Below, in pieces: positions 25,301 to 37,651 of a stretch of 57,118 nucleotides of DNA (positions are counted from its first letter, which is position 1; each line of letters opens with the position of its first letter). Below the pieces are notes generated by a model. It was not told where the DNA came from. It saw nothing but the letters and a program-made list of their open reading frames with translations, and made no database searches. The DNA is taken from the NCBI GenBank assembly GCA_003614675.1, contig ML002253.1:1-57118 (forward strand), written 5' to 3'. This DNA is from Dimargaris cristalligena (taxonomy: Eukaryota). A program made the translations under genes and the position numbers.

Positions 25301-26186
25301 TTTGCCAAGCAGTAGTTTTACCCGACAAATCGGGAGTTTTATTATATATTTTAGCTGAGTTTAGCGCCTATTCACCAATTAATATTCACGATACAGATTT
25401 TCATCAAACTGATTTACTGATGGCAGGACTGACCCATAAATTATAGTCCAAAATGGGAACTTCGGCCAATAGATAAGATGGAAACAAAAAAAAAAAGGAA
25501 CAAACTGAAAATAGTAATGGTTCAAGGCGAAATGGGATTTGGTAAAAGAAAAGGAGGGGGAGGGAGCACACATGTTGGTCACAAACAGATGAATGTACGG
25601 AGTGCAGGAGGCAGGGTAGAAAGTGAAGGGAGGGGGTTAGGGTATTGAGAACTAACTGAACCAAATAAAAAACACACAAAACCGCAAATATCGTTAATGA
25701 GAGGGTTCAATAGGGACATGCATAATGGATATGTGATTAACAACTGAATAATTGGAATGGTAAGAAAAGAAGTGAGCTGCAATGTTGGAAATAAAAGGTT
25801 GATTGGTGAGAAGCGAACGATATCTGTAATACCGATATAGTATTAGAAACTTCCGCAGAAGATAGCACCAAAAAGTAGGAACTGTTATCAAAATAAATAT
25901 TATATAATAAGCTGGGCAATATCGATAACTAAAGTAATAAAAATAATAAAGGGCAAATATCAAAACAACCCCGAAATGGAACAGCGGCAGTCAAGGGGGT
26001 AGAGAGAGGGTCCAGGGAAGGGGAGAGGTAGGACAGGAATTCCTATTGTTAAGCGAAATAGCTCAGGGGGATGTTAAGGAGGGGGAGGAGCGGGGACGAG
26101 GGGGCTGAATAAAAGAAGTGGTACATGAGCCATAGGAAGTAACGGCTATAGAATACATGAACCCACCTACACTACCCTCCCACTTA

Positions 26187-27977
26187 CTAATTCCAGGAGT
26201 AATCGGAGCCGGCGGTAGCGGGTCTTCCCACATCCGCGTTCGGATCGATCCATTCCCGCCAATCCACGGGGGCTTCCGGACGCGGGCGACACAGGACGTA
26301 GAAGAAATTTGAGATGAAGGACGACCCGTGGCCAAACGGACTCGTATACCGCCGCCGTCCACTGGTGTAAGACGATTTGATTTGTTCGTGGGTGGTCAAA
26401 TTCCGGCTCATCAAGTACGCATGGTACGCCGTCAGGCCCCCCACGGACCAAAAGAAAACAAAGGTGTAAATGACCAGGACCAGGGATACGGGGGTTTGGC
26501 CCAGATTCTGGCCAAAGGAAATGGGGCGGCCCAAGCCGTCGGTTTCGTGGCGTACCACCGGTTTGAGCAGGTGCCAGAGGGAGCAGGAGAAGACGTAGGC
26601 GCAGAGCGCGGTGGTGGAGGCTACGAAAATGAAGAAGTAGCGGTAATTACGGCGTCCCACGCAGGTATTGAGCCAGACGCAGTGGTGGTCTTCGTTTTCG
26701 ACGCACATGTTGCACTGCCGGCAGTGTGAGGCCCGCGGGGGTCGATAAATACGGCACGTGTCGCAGTATTTGAGACGAATAGGAATCCCGTGAATCAGGA
26801 CCTGTTTAGTCGTATGGGGGGCGTACACGAAGGAGGGGTCGGCGCTAATGAAGTTCGGGTGCATCGGAGGCACAGGTCCGCTGGACCGACCCATGCTACC
26901 ACCCCCGGGACCGTACTGGGCCGATGACGACGACATGCCCGGGCCGATGGTGGAGCCGATCGTAGCGCCCGCCCAGGTAGGCTCCCCCGCCGTGACGTAA
27001 CTCAGGGGGTCGGCATGGAGATTTTGGGGCAGAATACCAGGGTCCGTCCAGGAGGTGCGGAACATATTACTGTATACGAGTAGGGTCAAGTAGCCGAAGA
27101 CCACCACCAGAGCGGGGTGGACATCGTGCCACAAGAACGAGCACTCAAATACACAGAAAAGGACCACGGGAATGGCAATCAGGACGATACCGATAAGGAA
27201 AGGGACCACGGTGGTGGCCGTCACCAGCCGGCCTCTGAAGAGGAAATGAATTTGCCGTCCCCCCTTCACTTGGTACCGGCGGCGGTAGTGAGCTGGGACT
27301 ACGACTGTTCCTGAAGTAGTCCCAGCAGGGGGTGGAGGTGGATGATGCTGATAGGACGCGGACAGGGTTGGGGAACGGGAGCGGGAAGGGGGGGCAGTCA
27401 GGGGTTCGGCCAAAGCGGAGGGGGTGAGAGTAGTAGTGGTAAGGTGTGGGGCCGCGGCTAGTGAGGAGAAAGACGTTGTTGTTGGCAGCACAGACCCGGA
27501 ACGCGGTGGGATGTGCAGTGGTTGGACTTCGTCATACGAAGTGGGGGACGAGGATAAGAGACCCTCCAACGACGATTTCCCTAGGACGGCCGACGGCAGC
27601 GTAACCGCCGGTGATGTTTGGCGGCGACCGATGGGCAATGGCTGCTGGGGCGGTGGTCCTAGGGAATTGGACAGGCCGAGGTCCACTTGGGGGTCCATCG
27701 CGAGAGCCTGGAAGATGCTTTGGTTGGCGTCGGGGCTCAGTAACGCCGGGGTAGCACCTATGCCGGGCGATAGGGGACTCCACCGTCGACTAACGGCCGT
27801 GGTGTTAGTGTTGGTGTGCGTAGTGCTGTTAGTAGTAGAAGAAGACAAAGAACCCCCCGTGGTGGCCAGGGGGGTCAGTAGGAGCGGCTGGAGGGCGGGG
27901 GGCTTTTTGGACGACCAGGCGCGGGGCGGCGACTCGGGAGCGTCTTCGGCCGCACCTGGGTCGTCGGGAAAGCGCAT
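26187..27977 (-). CDS. ERF2: DHHC palmitoyltransferase, ERF2/ZDHHC9-like
   Basis: LKYCDTCRIYRPPRASHCRQCNMCVENEDHHCVWLNTCVGRRNYRYFF (DHHC cysteine-rich domain), SWTDPGILP, NLTTHEQIK (TTxE), four TM helices and the ERF2-type FLFRGRLVT motif. The first ATG is 27977; the ORF track starts at an upstream TTG (28016). Confidence 0.92.
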   Translation of the reverse strand: MRFPDDPGAAEDAPESPPRAWSSKKPPALQPLLLTPLATTGGSLSSSTTNSTTHTNTNTTAVSRRWSPLSPGIGATPALLSPDANQSIFQALAMDPQVDLGLSNSLGPPPQQPLPIGRRQTSPAVTLPSAVLGKSSLEGLLSSSPTSYDEVQPLHIPPRSGSVLPTTTSFSSLAAAPHLTTTTLTPSALAEPLTAPPSRSRSPTLSASYQHHPPPPPAGTTSGTVVVPAHYRRRYQVKGGRQIHFLFRGRLVTATTVVPFLIGIVLIAIPVVLFCVFECSFLWHDVHPALVVVFGYLTLLVYSNMFRTSWTDPGILPQNLHADPLSYVTAGEPTWAGATIGSTIGPGMSSSSAQYGPGGGSMGRSSGPVPPMHPNFISADPSFVYAPHTTKQVLIHGIPIRLKYCDTCRIYRPPRASHCRQCNMCVENEDHHCVWLNTCVGRRNYRYFFIFVASTTALCAYVFSCSLWHLLKPVVRHETDGLGRPISFGQNLGQTPVSLVLVIYTFVFFWSVGGLTAYHAYLMSRNLTTHEQIKSSYTSGRRRYTSPFGHGSSFISNFFYVLCRPRPEAPVDWREWIDPNADVGRPATAGSDYSWN

Positions 27978-28998
27978 GACGAGGTGGGTGGGGGCAATAC
28001 CGGGGCTGCTGCGCAAAGTGCGAGTGTGTGTATAATTGAGGGAGGGGTATGTATAAATGGAGGACGCCCTTTGTCGCCAATCAAGAGGCTATGTAACCCC
28101 ACTGGGAATGCCAATAAAGACTAGACGATAAGTTAGTTGGGATAAAAGGACTATCTAGCTAGTAGCATTTGTGTATTGAGGTATTTACGAGAGTGTATAT
28201 ATATATATATAGGACGCATAGAAGAGTGAAAAAAAAACTAGTAGGCAGTTGCTTGATAAACTAAGAGTGAATCCGCGGAGGAAGTGAATGGCCCTTTTGA
28301 AGGGTAAGCCATGGGAAGGGGGGGTGGAAAGAGGGGGAGGCCAATAAAGCTTGCCAAAAACGAGCTTCAGTAGTGCGGGGGGGGGTGTGGGGTGAGAGAA
28401 CAGAAAGGGTCAATTGGGGATGGTTCCACTGTGAACTCGGAAGACGACGGTCCGTCGGTTGTCGAATGCTTGTATAAGTCAGTATACAATTATATATAAT
28501 TATTAATAGAGGAGTGTTAAAGGAATGACGGACAAGAGCTAAAGGAAGTTCAGACGGAGAATACAATATGGGGCTGGCCACCCCCTCTGTTCTGTTCTAA
28601 CAGACGAACGTTCAATTGAGAAGGGAATGACAACCAACGTGGGGTAAACAATAACCACAGCCAGCAAGCAAAGTCCGCCAGGGCTTCAGTATCCAGAAGC
28701 AGGGCTGGAACCCTCTCCGCCCTCCCCCTTGGACTTGCACTTGGACTTGGTGGATTCTCCCCCCCCTCCCTTCACCCACTAGCAGCCAAATGTCGGTGGG
28801 CCCTGAGGAAAATGGGTGTGGCTACTATTCGTGCATTCTTCAAGCCGCCGTAATATGGCAAGGGGGAAGAAGAGTCGTTTAATATGGAGAGGGAGAGGGG
28901 GAAATGGCCCTCTCCTCTTCATTCTCGGCTGGGTGTTTTTTGAAGAGTTTCACCCTACCCTACTTCTCCCAGTTGTGTCTATTTCTGTGTTCGCTACC

Positions 28999-29485
28999 AT
29001 GTCGACCGATTTCGCCGACGAAGAGCTACTGGCGCTTGTCCAGTTATCTACCACCTCCAACGACCTGCCCCAATTCGCCCTACCCAGCCCCGCCGCCACT
29101 CGCATTCCCATGGGCCGCTCACCGCTTGACGGTAAGTAGTCCACAGTTCGACAGCCTTCGAAGCAAACTTCCAACCCTATTTGTTGACCAAGCTTTCGGA
29201 ACTTCCCTCCTACCACCGAGAGCCACAACAGGGTTCCGTGCTATTCCAAGGGTTCGTGTATAACCCGGGCGCACCTACCTATATTACCTTGATAGTCGGC
29301 CTATTTATTTCATTATTCACCACTGCTCACTCACTCAGCTCACTCTCATATAAATTACCCGCTACCAAACGGCCCCTTCCGTAGAAGCCCACACCAATAT
29401 TATGGCTGACTTGAAGCGCCTGGTAGCCGAGCTCGAGGACGACCGGTGGCAGTTCGAAACTAAGCCCGAAATGATCATATTTTAA
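28999..29485 (+). CDS. 77-aa two-exon microprotein, APC16 (ANAPC16)-like; exons 28999..29131 and 29385..29485
   Basis: ACCATG start and a phase-1 GTAAGT...CCGTAG intron give MSTDFADEELLALVQL...SPLDEAHTNIMADLKRLVAELEDDRWQFETKPEMIIF*. L-x-x-L-V-x-E-L-E-x-D-x-W-x-F matches the APC16 C-terminal motif as I recall it. Confidence 0.6.
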
Positions 29486-29762
29486 AAAAGACCGTTTTAT
29501 TGACCCTAGAATAATAATACTAGCCCAAAGTAAAATGAATAGGACATAAAAGTACATGGCGCGCTCTAAACAAAATTGTAGGAAATATAGAGAGTGGGGG
29601 GGGGGGGTTCTGGTTTAAATCGGCCAGGAAGACGCGAGTCTCCGAAGCGAGTAATAAAATGCATAATTGAGTAGAATACAGTCCATAATGTATTGGAATA
29701 CACGAACCAGCCAAAAAACAAAGGATTGCCTCTTTGCAAAGTATAGCATATCCCCAGGGCGA

Positions 29763-32700
29763 TTATAAATTATCACCCGCATGGTCAGAGCCCTGCGAAT
29801 GGCTAGTAGAACCAAACCCAAGGTCGGCATATAAGTCATGAACCGCCGCAATGGTCTCGGGTAAAGCACCTCCATCCACGGAGTCCGAGCTCGACCCCGA
29901 TGTTAATTCGGATTCCGATGGGGTCCCGGAATAGGTTCCCAGTTCCAGCGCTGACGACCCGCTGCTATCGCTACTATGGCCAACCAGGTTGAACAATAGC
30001 CCATCGGACCATACGGCCTGGGATAGCTCCCGGATCTGCTGGACCCGATTACGCAGGATAATTTCCCCCTCGCGCCCGAGTAAGCTGGGCGAAAAGTACG
30101 GGAATTCAGGTGGAATGGGTTCCGTCCGTTGGGATGGGTCACCACCACCACCACCACCGGTGGCAGCGTATCTGCTATTGCTCTGGTCGACGACCCGTCC
30201 ATTCCGCATTATAGTAAAAATGGGGGCGGGTGTTCCGTTCGTGTGCATGTTCGTGGAGGTCACCGCTGCTCCATCACCCACCCGCACATTCTCACCCTCA
30301 GACGCACCCCCTTGACGGGCCGTTTCCAGCCCACCCTTTCCGTACCACGCGTAATACGGGCAATCGTGTCTCTGGTAGGGCGCCATAATTTTAATCGTAT
30401 CGTCAATGCCCGACACAGCCAAATACGGTAAGGTCGGATGACCCACCGCCACATTGACCACCTCGCCGTCCCCTTGAATCAGTTGGGCCAGTCGCCCGGT
30501 GCGTTTGGTCCATAGGAATAAATTGCCGTCGTCACTGCCCGACATGACATATTCGTCGTGGGGCCCGAAGAACCCGACGTCTTTGGTGGTGAGCGCGTTG
30601 ACGTGGCCGAAGTACTTCTGGATCGGTTGGGCCATGTCCACGGCGGCTTCGCGCTTAAAGGTGGTGGAACGGGGCCCACGGGTGCCCCACCGGCAGTCAC
30701 GGAAAGCATCTTCGGAATCGACATCATCATCGTCCGTTTCGCTATTAGGTTCGTCCTCGTCACTCTCAACATAGTCATCGGCGGGATAAGAGATTCCGCT
30801 ATCATACCGCTCTTCAGATAGTCCCGCGAGTTCAATATCCGCGAATGTTGGCGACTCCCGGTGTCGATGGTAGGGGCGAATACGATCGTCATTAGTGTCG
30901 TCGACATCCATGGCCATGTCCTCCATATCGGCATCATCTAGGGAGTGGTTTTCATATTCGGTTATCCACTGGTCGCTTACATTGGTCGAAGACTGATGGG
31001 TATTGTTCTGAGCCTGCACAGTCGATGTCGGTTCCGAATAAACCGAACCCGACCGGCGAGGGAGGACACGGTGGGAAGAGGTCTCACCATCGCCATCCGC
31101 TGGCACAGTGGGCTTAGGCACAGGCACATTGCCCAAATACAATGCCAACGCCGGGAATGTCAGAGCCAGCTGGAGCACCCAGGCCAAGGGGGAATTTTGA
31201 TCAATGATTCTCAAAAGCATGCTCCCTAGCTCCGGGTGCCATGGGAGGGCACGGTTACCGTCGGTATCACCATGACTGCCAGGACCGCTCCCCGTGGATG
31301 GTGAGTGGCTGGCTCTTTCCCCTAAGGGATTTTGGAGGAGTAGGGCGTAAGTGGCGAACGTATCCGCTGACAAACCCCAGTAGCCGGGATGAACGGGCCA
31401 TGCGCCCTGGCGAATGGATTCCATGGTGGTTTCCCGCTCCGAACTTTCGCGTTCCGACGCGGGAGAGGCACGACTACTAGATCTATTCTGGGTGCATTCG
31501 AATTCCGACCATAAAGCATCGATACCATCCTTCCATTGGCAACCCCTGCCACTGCCACTGCCACTACGATTGCTATTTCTGGTGCTACCACTGTGTGGTA
31601 AACCTGAACTTCCGGCAGCGCTTCCGGAAAGGGAATCACTTCCGCCGTCCTGGAGAGGGGGGAGACACTGGCGAATGGGGAGTTGCACCGCCTTCCGGGC
31701 CCGGTCGATATCTTGGGTACAGCTTGACCGACGCTGGTAAGCACTAATCGTTGCATCACCGTCTTCACCGGTGGGTTCGAGCAGATGCCACCAGGCCCGG
31801 TAGCTATAGGCGACGGACCGAACCAAGGCAATCATAGGATGGTGAACACTACTATCACTATTGGGTGACGATGACGGCCCACCTTCGTCCGTCCAATCGA
31901 TACGGCTAGAACTTAACCCCGCGACGGACACATAGTTTGGGTTAAATATAATCCGCCGCTGGGCCATGTCCGCCTGAGCCAGAGTGTCGATGATATTATC
32001 GAGCCGATTCACCACATTCCCGAACTGCTGGTAATCAGCGGCACTCACGACATCTTCATCGCGACTGAAGATTTCCCGAATTCGCGCCGCCGTGCCGGCC
32101 ATAGTAGGAGTAGCGCCCGCCGGGGTGGGAACTACCAGTTGAATACTCGCCTGGGTCTGGCGGTGAACTTCCCGGAGTAAGAAAAGGACTTTAAGTAGCT
32201 GATAGAAGGTCTCTTTGGTCATGAGCCACCGGCGGTACAGGGGTATGGGGGGGGCCGACGGACGGTTACCACCCTCTTCCCCTCCCCCTCTCATTTCCCC
32301 ACCCCCCAATTCGGACCGGGAGTTAGACTGGGCATTCTCGCCCACCCCGGTGGAACGGTCGACTATAGGAGGCCCGTGGGTGTTCGGGGTACTATTACTC
32401 GACCGGCTATGGTTAATCAGGTCCGCAATCCGCAAGTAGGCGTCATCCGCATGGCCCTGGAAGGCCGCCAAGGCGGCTTGGAGAAGGCAGGCCTCGATGG
32501 CCTGACTGGCTTCGGCCAACGGGGATGAATGGACACTATCACTACTGCTGCTGTTTCGTCCTGCGGTAGTGTCTGTGACGTAAGGGGTCGTGGTGGTTGT
32601 GGTAGCCGACCGGGGTCGCCCACTGAGTGGAGAAAGGACGGTCATGCCCGATATCCGACGATCCACTGGATGGGGGTGTCCTTCCGATCCAGAGGCTGGA

Positions 32701-34262
32701 CTTCCACTTAGTGTCCCGCTGCCGCCGCCTAATTCCGCCGGTCGACCCGGGGATGATGCGGATCGACCCCGTCCCTGTAATAGGAACGAAAATCGGAAAC
32801 CACCCCCGGGTGGGGGACGAGACGGTTGGGACAATGGCGTGGTCGTCGTCGGGGCTGCTGGTTCATTTAGGGAATGCCCCGGGCTTTCCGGAGGGGCGGA
32901 TTGACCGCGAAGTCCCACCAACTCCTGGTACCGTGCCTGAGGGTGAATCCGACGGTGGGCTAAGGTGGGTACCGTTTCGTCGGTAGACCCACTTACACTT
33001 ACACTGCCGACTGCCAACCGCTTGGGGCGCCGGGCAGCTGGTCCACCGGCCGCACTGGTAGCCGACAGGGCCGGTGACTGATGATCGCGGCGTTTTGCCC
33101 GCTGTGGAACGGTAGTCGTATCCATAGTAGTGGATGCCCGGTCTGAGTGGTTCCCCCCGGCCGAACCCGAGTTTGTGGACCGAATGTCGAATAAATACAC
33201 ACACTCGTGGGACCAACTGCCCAGCAGTTCATGGGGGTTGGTGCGACTGAAGGTCACGGCCGTTGGGAATATCGCCCGGGCGGACACGTCAATTTGCGGC
33301 GGGATAAAGCGCATGATACTCTGAGGGGGTAGGAGGTCCGACGAAGACAGAGATGAAGATGCAGATGAAGATAGTGAAGACGTCGGGCTATTGACGAGGA
33401 CAGGAAGCATGCGTCGATCGTGGAGGAATGCGCAGGGGTAATTGGCGCCCCCCGAAGCCAGATAATTCTTATTGTGTTGGTTGAGGGCCAGCGTGGTGAG
33501 GTGGATACCGTAGTCGTGAAAATCCACCAACCATCGCGAACAGGGATCCGCCCGGTCCGACCTCGACCACGGCGGGCGGTGTCCGGGCGAAGTATTTGTG
33601 ATGGCCGGGGCCGGGTGGTGATGCACCCTTTCCCTTAAATCAAACTGACGAATCCGCCCGTCTTCCCCACATGATAAGAACACAAACGGGTTGTCGTCCT
33701 CGCATACAATCCGTTTAACGGGATCCCCGTGGCAAGTGTAAACCTGCCGTAAGTTAAAAGGTGGGGACTGCGACGGCGTTGGGGCGGAATGGGTGGATCG
33801 ACCTAATGCAGCCGTCGTCGACGATAGCCCCGGCGGGAACTCAAAACTCGTGATATCGCGGTGCAGGTCGTGCACCAAAATCTGGCCATCTAACGACGCA
33901 CTCACAACGACAGAGTCCCCGGTACAGGGCATAAACCGGGCACTGAATATATTGGCCTGGTGGCGGGTCGGGTAGCGGGCCACCAGTTCGTAGTCCCGGT
34001 CCGAACGCCACAGGCCTAACGTCGTGTCATCGGAACCCGAAAGAAGTAATTGGCCCGTACTGGACCAGGCCAGAGTATTGACACAGCCGGTGTGACCACC
34101 ACCACTCTCCCGCCCACTGCCGTTCGGACCGCCAAGAACGTGGGTAATGTGTAACTGTCGGATGGTGTTGGCATCTTCGTAGACGGCATTGGTAAACGCC
34201 GTCGGTGGAGTGGGACGTATGCCGCGCTGGGTCAGGCGTTGGGCAACAGCCGAACTGGCCAT
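29763..34262 (-). CDS. WD40 DDB1-CUL4-associated factor, DCAF6/DCAF8/WDTC1-like (1499 aa, intronless)
   Basis: GHTGCVNTLAWSSTGQLLLSGSDDT, HQANIFSARFMP, FLSCGEDGRIRQFDLR, C-terminal YFGHVNALTTKDVGFFGPHDEYVMSGSDDGNLFLW and VVNVAVGHPTLPYLAVSGIDDTIKI. These are hallmark DCAF6/8 blocks separated by a long insertion. Confidence 0.9.
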   Translation of the reverse strand: MASSAVAQRLTQRGIRPTPPTAFTNAVYEDANTIRQLHITHVLGGPNGSGRESGGGHTGCVNTLAWSSTGQLLLSGSDDTTLGLWRSDRDYELVARYPTRHQANIFSARFMPCTGDSVVVSASLDGQILVHDLHRDITSFEFPPGLSSTTAALGRSTHSAPTPSQSPPFNLRQVYTCHGDPVKRIVCEDDNPFVFLSCGEDGRIRQFDLRERVHHHPAPAITNTSPGHRPPWSRSDRADPCSRWLVDFHDYGIHLTTLALNQHNKNYLASGGANYPCAFLHDRRMLPVLVNSPTSSLSSSASSSLSSSDLLPPQSIMRFIPPQIDVSARAIFPTAVTFSRTNPHELLGSWSHECVYLFDIRSTNSGSAGGNHSDRASTTMDTTTVPQRAKRRDHQSPALSATSAAGGPAARRPKRLAVGSVSVSGSTDETVPTLAHRRIHPQARYQELVGLRGQSAPPESPGHSLNEPAAPTTTTPLSQPSRPPPGGGFRFSFLLQGRGRSASSPGRPAELGGGSGTLSGSPASGSEGHPHPVDRRISGMTVLSPLSGRPRSATTTTTTPYVTDTTAGRNSSSSDSVHSSPLAEASQAIEACLLQAALAAFQGHADDAYLRIADLINHSRSSNSTPNTHGPPIVDRSTGVGENAQSNSRSELGGGEMRGGGEEGGNRPSAPPIPLYRRWLMTKETFYQLLKVLFLLREVHRQTQASIQLVVPTPAGATPTMAGTAARIREIFSRDEDVVSAADYQQFGNVVNRLDNIIDTLAQADMAQRRIIFNPNYVSVAGLSSSRIDWTDEGGPSSSPNSDSSVHHPMIALVRSVAYSYRAWWHLLEPTGEDGDATISAYQRRSSCTQDIDRARKAVQLPIRQCLPPLQDGGSDSLSGSAAGSSGLPHSGSTRNSNRSGSGSGRGCQWKDGIDALWSEFECTQNRSSSRASPASERESSERETTMESIRQGAWPVHPGYWGLSADTFATYALLLQNPLGERASHSPSTGSGPGSHGDTDGNRALPWHPELGSMLLRIIDQNSPLAWVLQLALTFPALALYLGNVPVPKPTVPADGDGETSSHRVLPRRSGSVYSEPTSTVQAQNNTHQSSTNVSDQWITEYENHSLDDADMEDMAMDVDDTNDDRIRPYHRHRESPTFADIELAGLSEERYDSGISYPADDYVESDEDEPNSETDDDDVDSEDAFRDCRWGTRGPRSTTFKREAAVDMAQPIQKYFGHVNALTTKDVGFFGPHDEYVMSGSDDGNLFLWTKRTGRLAQLIQGDGEVVNVAVGHPTLPYLAVSGIDDTIKIMAPYQRHDCPYYAWYGKGGLETARQGGASEGENVRVGDGAAVTSTNMHTNGTPAPIFTIMRNGRVVDQSNSRYAATGGGGGGDPSQRTEPIPPEFPYFSPSLLGREGEIILRNRVQQIRELSQAVWSDGLLFNLVGHSSDSSGSSALELGTYSGTPSESELTSGSSSDSVDGGALPETIAAVHDLYADLGFGSTSHSQGSDHAGDNL

Positions 34263-35179
34263 GGCGGGTTACAAAAAAAAAATAGAGGGAGGGGTGTGGG
34301 CGAGAAGGTGCGACAGCGGGAAGGCGGGTTCGAATTTGGCCGAGGAATTATGGTGTGCTCGCTTGCGAAGGACTGGCGGTAGTACAAATGAGGTAATAGG
34401 AGTGAGGAGTAGTACTGCGAGTGCCCGAGGTGGGGGGGAATCTAGCTCTGGCTAGTAGTCGAGTTAGCAGGGTCGGATGAAAAATATATATATATATATA
34501 TATACGGGATAGCTCAGGCTGCTACTCTGAGGTCTCTTGGAAGGCAAGGCGGCCAAGTCTTCCGAGTCAAGAAAATTCTATGGCTTATCGTGAATGAGAG
34601 GGGTAGAAGTTGAATAGAGAAGAACAAGGAATAGATACTGAGAAGCGACCATCGGTGAAGGTCACTTAATAATCAATTACGAAGTTTGGCGTGGTGGCTA
34701 TTGAAGAGCCCATATGGACTGTGGAAAGAATTAACCGTACATATATATATACAGGTGGTGGCGATCAAAGTAAAATGACTTGGAGGAAAATCACGACGGC
34801 GTTTGGATAAAGAATACAGCACTAATGTAATGACCATACCCCAGTAGTTAGTAGTTGTTAGTCACCAGCCTGCTTAATTTGTAGTAAGGCGTAGCAAATA
34901 TAGGAGAATAAATCAACGAGCCATGCCAGCTTATCGGTTAAACCCGGAGGCGTCACTATATATTACCCGCTTATTATATATATATACTATGTCAAACCAG
35001 CCAAGTCACTGCCCGCTTAATTGATCACAAGGCTGGCAAATGACCGGCACCCCCCCTCTCGGCTAATTTCCGGTGCCTCACACACATTCCAACACCCACC
35101 CAACCCAGCCCCACGCCAATCTAATCTTATTTGATAAACGCCCGTCACCAACCACCATGATGTGGGGGGGGGGAGCGAA

Positions 35180-35288
35180 GCAAGTCAGGGCAAGTCAGGG
35201 CAAGTTGCCAGTTAGTCAGTTCGCTAGTCACTTAGTCAGTTTTAGTCAGTTAGTCAGTCAGTTAGTTAGTTAGTTAGTTAATTTAGTT
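35180..35288. repeat. Compound tandem repeat: GCAAGTCAGG x2.6 followed by degenerate (CAGT/TAGT)n
   Basis: Read directly: gcaagtcagg gcaagtcagg gcaagt ... ttagtcagttagtcagtcagttagttagttagttagtt. Confidence 0.85.
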
Positions 35289-37651
35289 GGTGTTGGTTGT
35301 GGAGGAGGAAAGGAGAAACACCGCACAAATCAAACAAAACGCCTCCGCCCAATTGTTAACGCCCACTGCACTGATCCTCCGACAAGTGAACTTCCGAAAC
35401 CGCCGCGCAATTCATTTATTGAACCAGCCCATCCCCCCCCCATAAATGTCGTGGATATCCAACCTTTTAGTACTCCAATTCGGCCCGACAATACCCTTAC
35501 TACAGCTTGCACCGACTCTCATATATACATATATATAATTCCACCAGGGATGTCGATCACCATAGTCGGCTATTTTGGGCCCTGCATGTGCCCATTTCAC
35601 ACGGCGTGGAGTACTGGGGACCATCCCTCGAAAAGGTAATAGCTTCACGAACAAACTATGAAAACATATATATAAGAACAGGCTCATCCACGGCCATTGC
35701 CCCAACTCACCTTTGCTTTCGTATCCAATCCCAATCCCAATCACAACCCCCAACCTGCCAGTGGATATGAAGAGAGTAGTGCAATCAACCTAAATCTAGA
35801 CTGTCCAGGCCTAGGAGAACTAGCGTAACAGGAGAGTAAACGCAATGGGTGGGGGAGTCAGTGAGTTAAATAAAAAAATGGCCGTGCATCGGAATAACCC
35901 AAAAATGGGCTTAATTGACCCTCCACCAAAACACACAGGTATACCGTGTCGCTTCGCCCTCTTCCTTGTATCTTCCCTCCTCCGTTCCGTTCTCCTCCCA
36001 GACGATCCGTAATTGGGCGGGAGTCCGCCCTGTATGTCACCCGACAAAATACACTACGCGTCTTCAATAACAAATCCAAAAGCACTCCCGGAATGTGCAC
36101 TATGTTAAAAACAAGGTACACGCACATGCACTGCCCAATCGGTCTATGTTGGTTAAGATAGGAAAGCCGCGAGGGAATATATCCGCGTATCATAACAATG
36201 CTATGGGTATAATTACCACTATTTTAACCCAGTTTCCAAAGAACTAACCATGAGGCCACTTAAGTACTAAACAGCCGGGCGCAAGCCAAGCCTCAGCCAT
36301 GGTGTGAACCTGATTATCCTGACATTGCAACTCCAGCAATGGGCCCCGATGCACAGTATATCAACTATTTTATTAGGTCGAGTGGGAGATGAAATTAATG
36401 AAATCCATGAAAATCTGCACTCAAGATGACAGGGATAAAAGGGTAATTCGACTTAAGAAGGAAACACACAGAACAGTGAACAGAAGTTAAGTTAAGTTAA
36501 TATACGAGGAATTCAGATCAACGCCTGGACATACCCCATCAATAGAAGGCAGGAAAATGACTGGTCATTGGTAAAACAAATCTACTGAACAGTTATATAT
36601 ATATATATACCTATATATAACCATTTTTAAAACAATCGCCAAAGCTAAAAACAACGTAAAGCAGGAGGATAATGCATAGAAGTACAAGGATTTTTTTGGG
36701 AATTGAGGAGAGGGGGTGATGGTCTCTTGGGAATCAGTAATTATAACTACTGATTGTATACAGAAAGTAATAAATGATAAGGCGATTAACAAAAAAGCAC
36801 GACGAAGAGCTATGATGTCTACAAATGGCAGTATGGCGCATGTCAAGAATGGGAAAAATAGAACGGATATTTAAAAGACAAACGGAATGAAAATTAAATA
36901 TGGTACATGCAACCAACAGGCTAACAGGCTAATATGGTGCTGTAGGTCACCCCAAATGGAGCTTCCCTAATCCAAGCACCGGGATGAAGAATCAGAGGAT
37001 AGGGAGAGAGTGTGGTGATGTAACGGGCTGATGAAAAGTGCAAATGGCTACAAGCAGCGAGTGATTATGAATTCGTAAAAGCGGAGCCAAGCACCCAAAC
37101 GGGAACGAGCCAGCCGAGCAGGAGGGGAAGAGAGAGAGAGAGAGAGGGCGAAAAGAGGTTGGGTGATTTTCATCAGTACAACTAACTGCCCAAATGGGGG
37201 AAAAGGGTCTGGAGATAATATAATGTGTGGAAAACACAAAGATAAAACACACTCAGCCACCGAGACGGAACCTCCCCCCATGGATAGTGCGTGAAAGGAC
37301 CTCGGGCTGGCTGATCCAAGCAATAACGATCAAGAATACAGTTGAATGAAAAAAGAAATTAGTCCTACAAAACACCAAAAAGAGAGGGAGGGAGAGATAT
37401 CATGGTGGTCGGAAGGAATAGTGTAACCTGGGCCGGCGGCAATTGCCCACACCGAACATTTGCCCAACGTCCATGACATAAATAAAATAACAGTGTCAGA
37501 CGGGTGGCGGATATGCTACGACGCGGATGACGAAGCGAGGATACCCCAGCTCAACCCACAGTGATGAATGGGGAAAGGGTACACACCCCCTCTGCCATGG
37601 CCACCGTACACCTTATTCCCGATTATCCCGACGCTCGGCCGGAAGACATCC

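Noticed and set aside
27424-28035. 203-aa plus-strand ORF, and similar antisense ORFs inside the JMJD6, MFS, DCAF, C12orf4-like and GDB1 genes
   Set aside because: Shadow ORFs expected from GC-rich codon usage on the opposite strand.
34327-34342. tRNA T-loop-like GGTTCGAAT
   Set aside because: No cloverleaf or acceptor stem can be formed around it.
35180-35288. CRISPR-like or telomeric array
   Set aside because: Short units without unique spacers in a eukaryotic context; a simple satellite.
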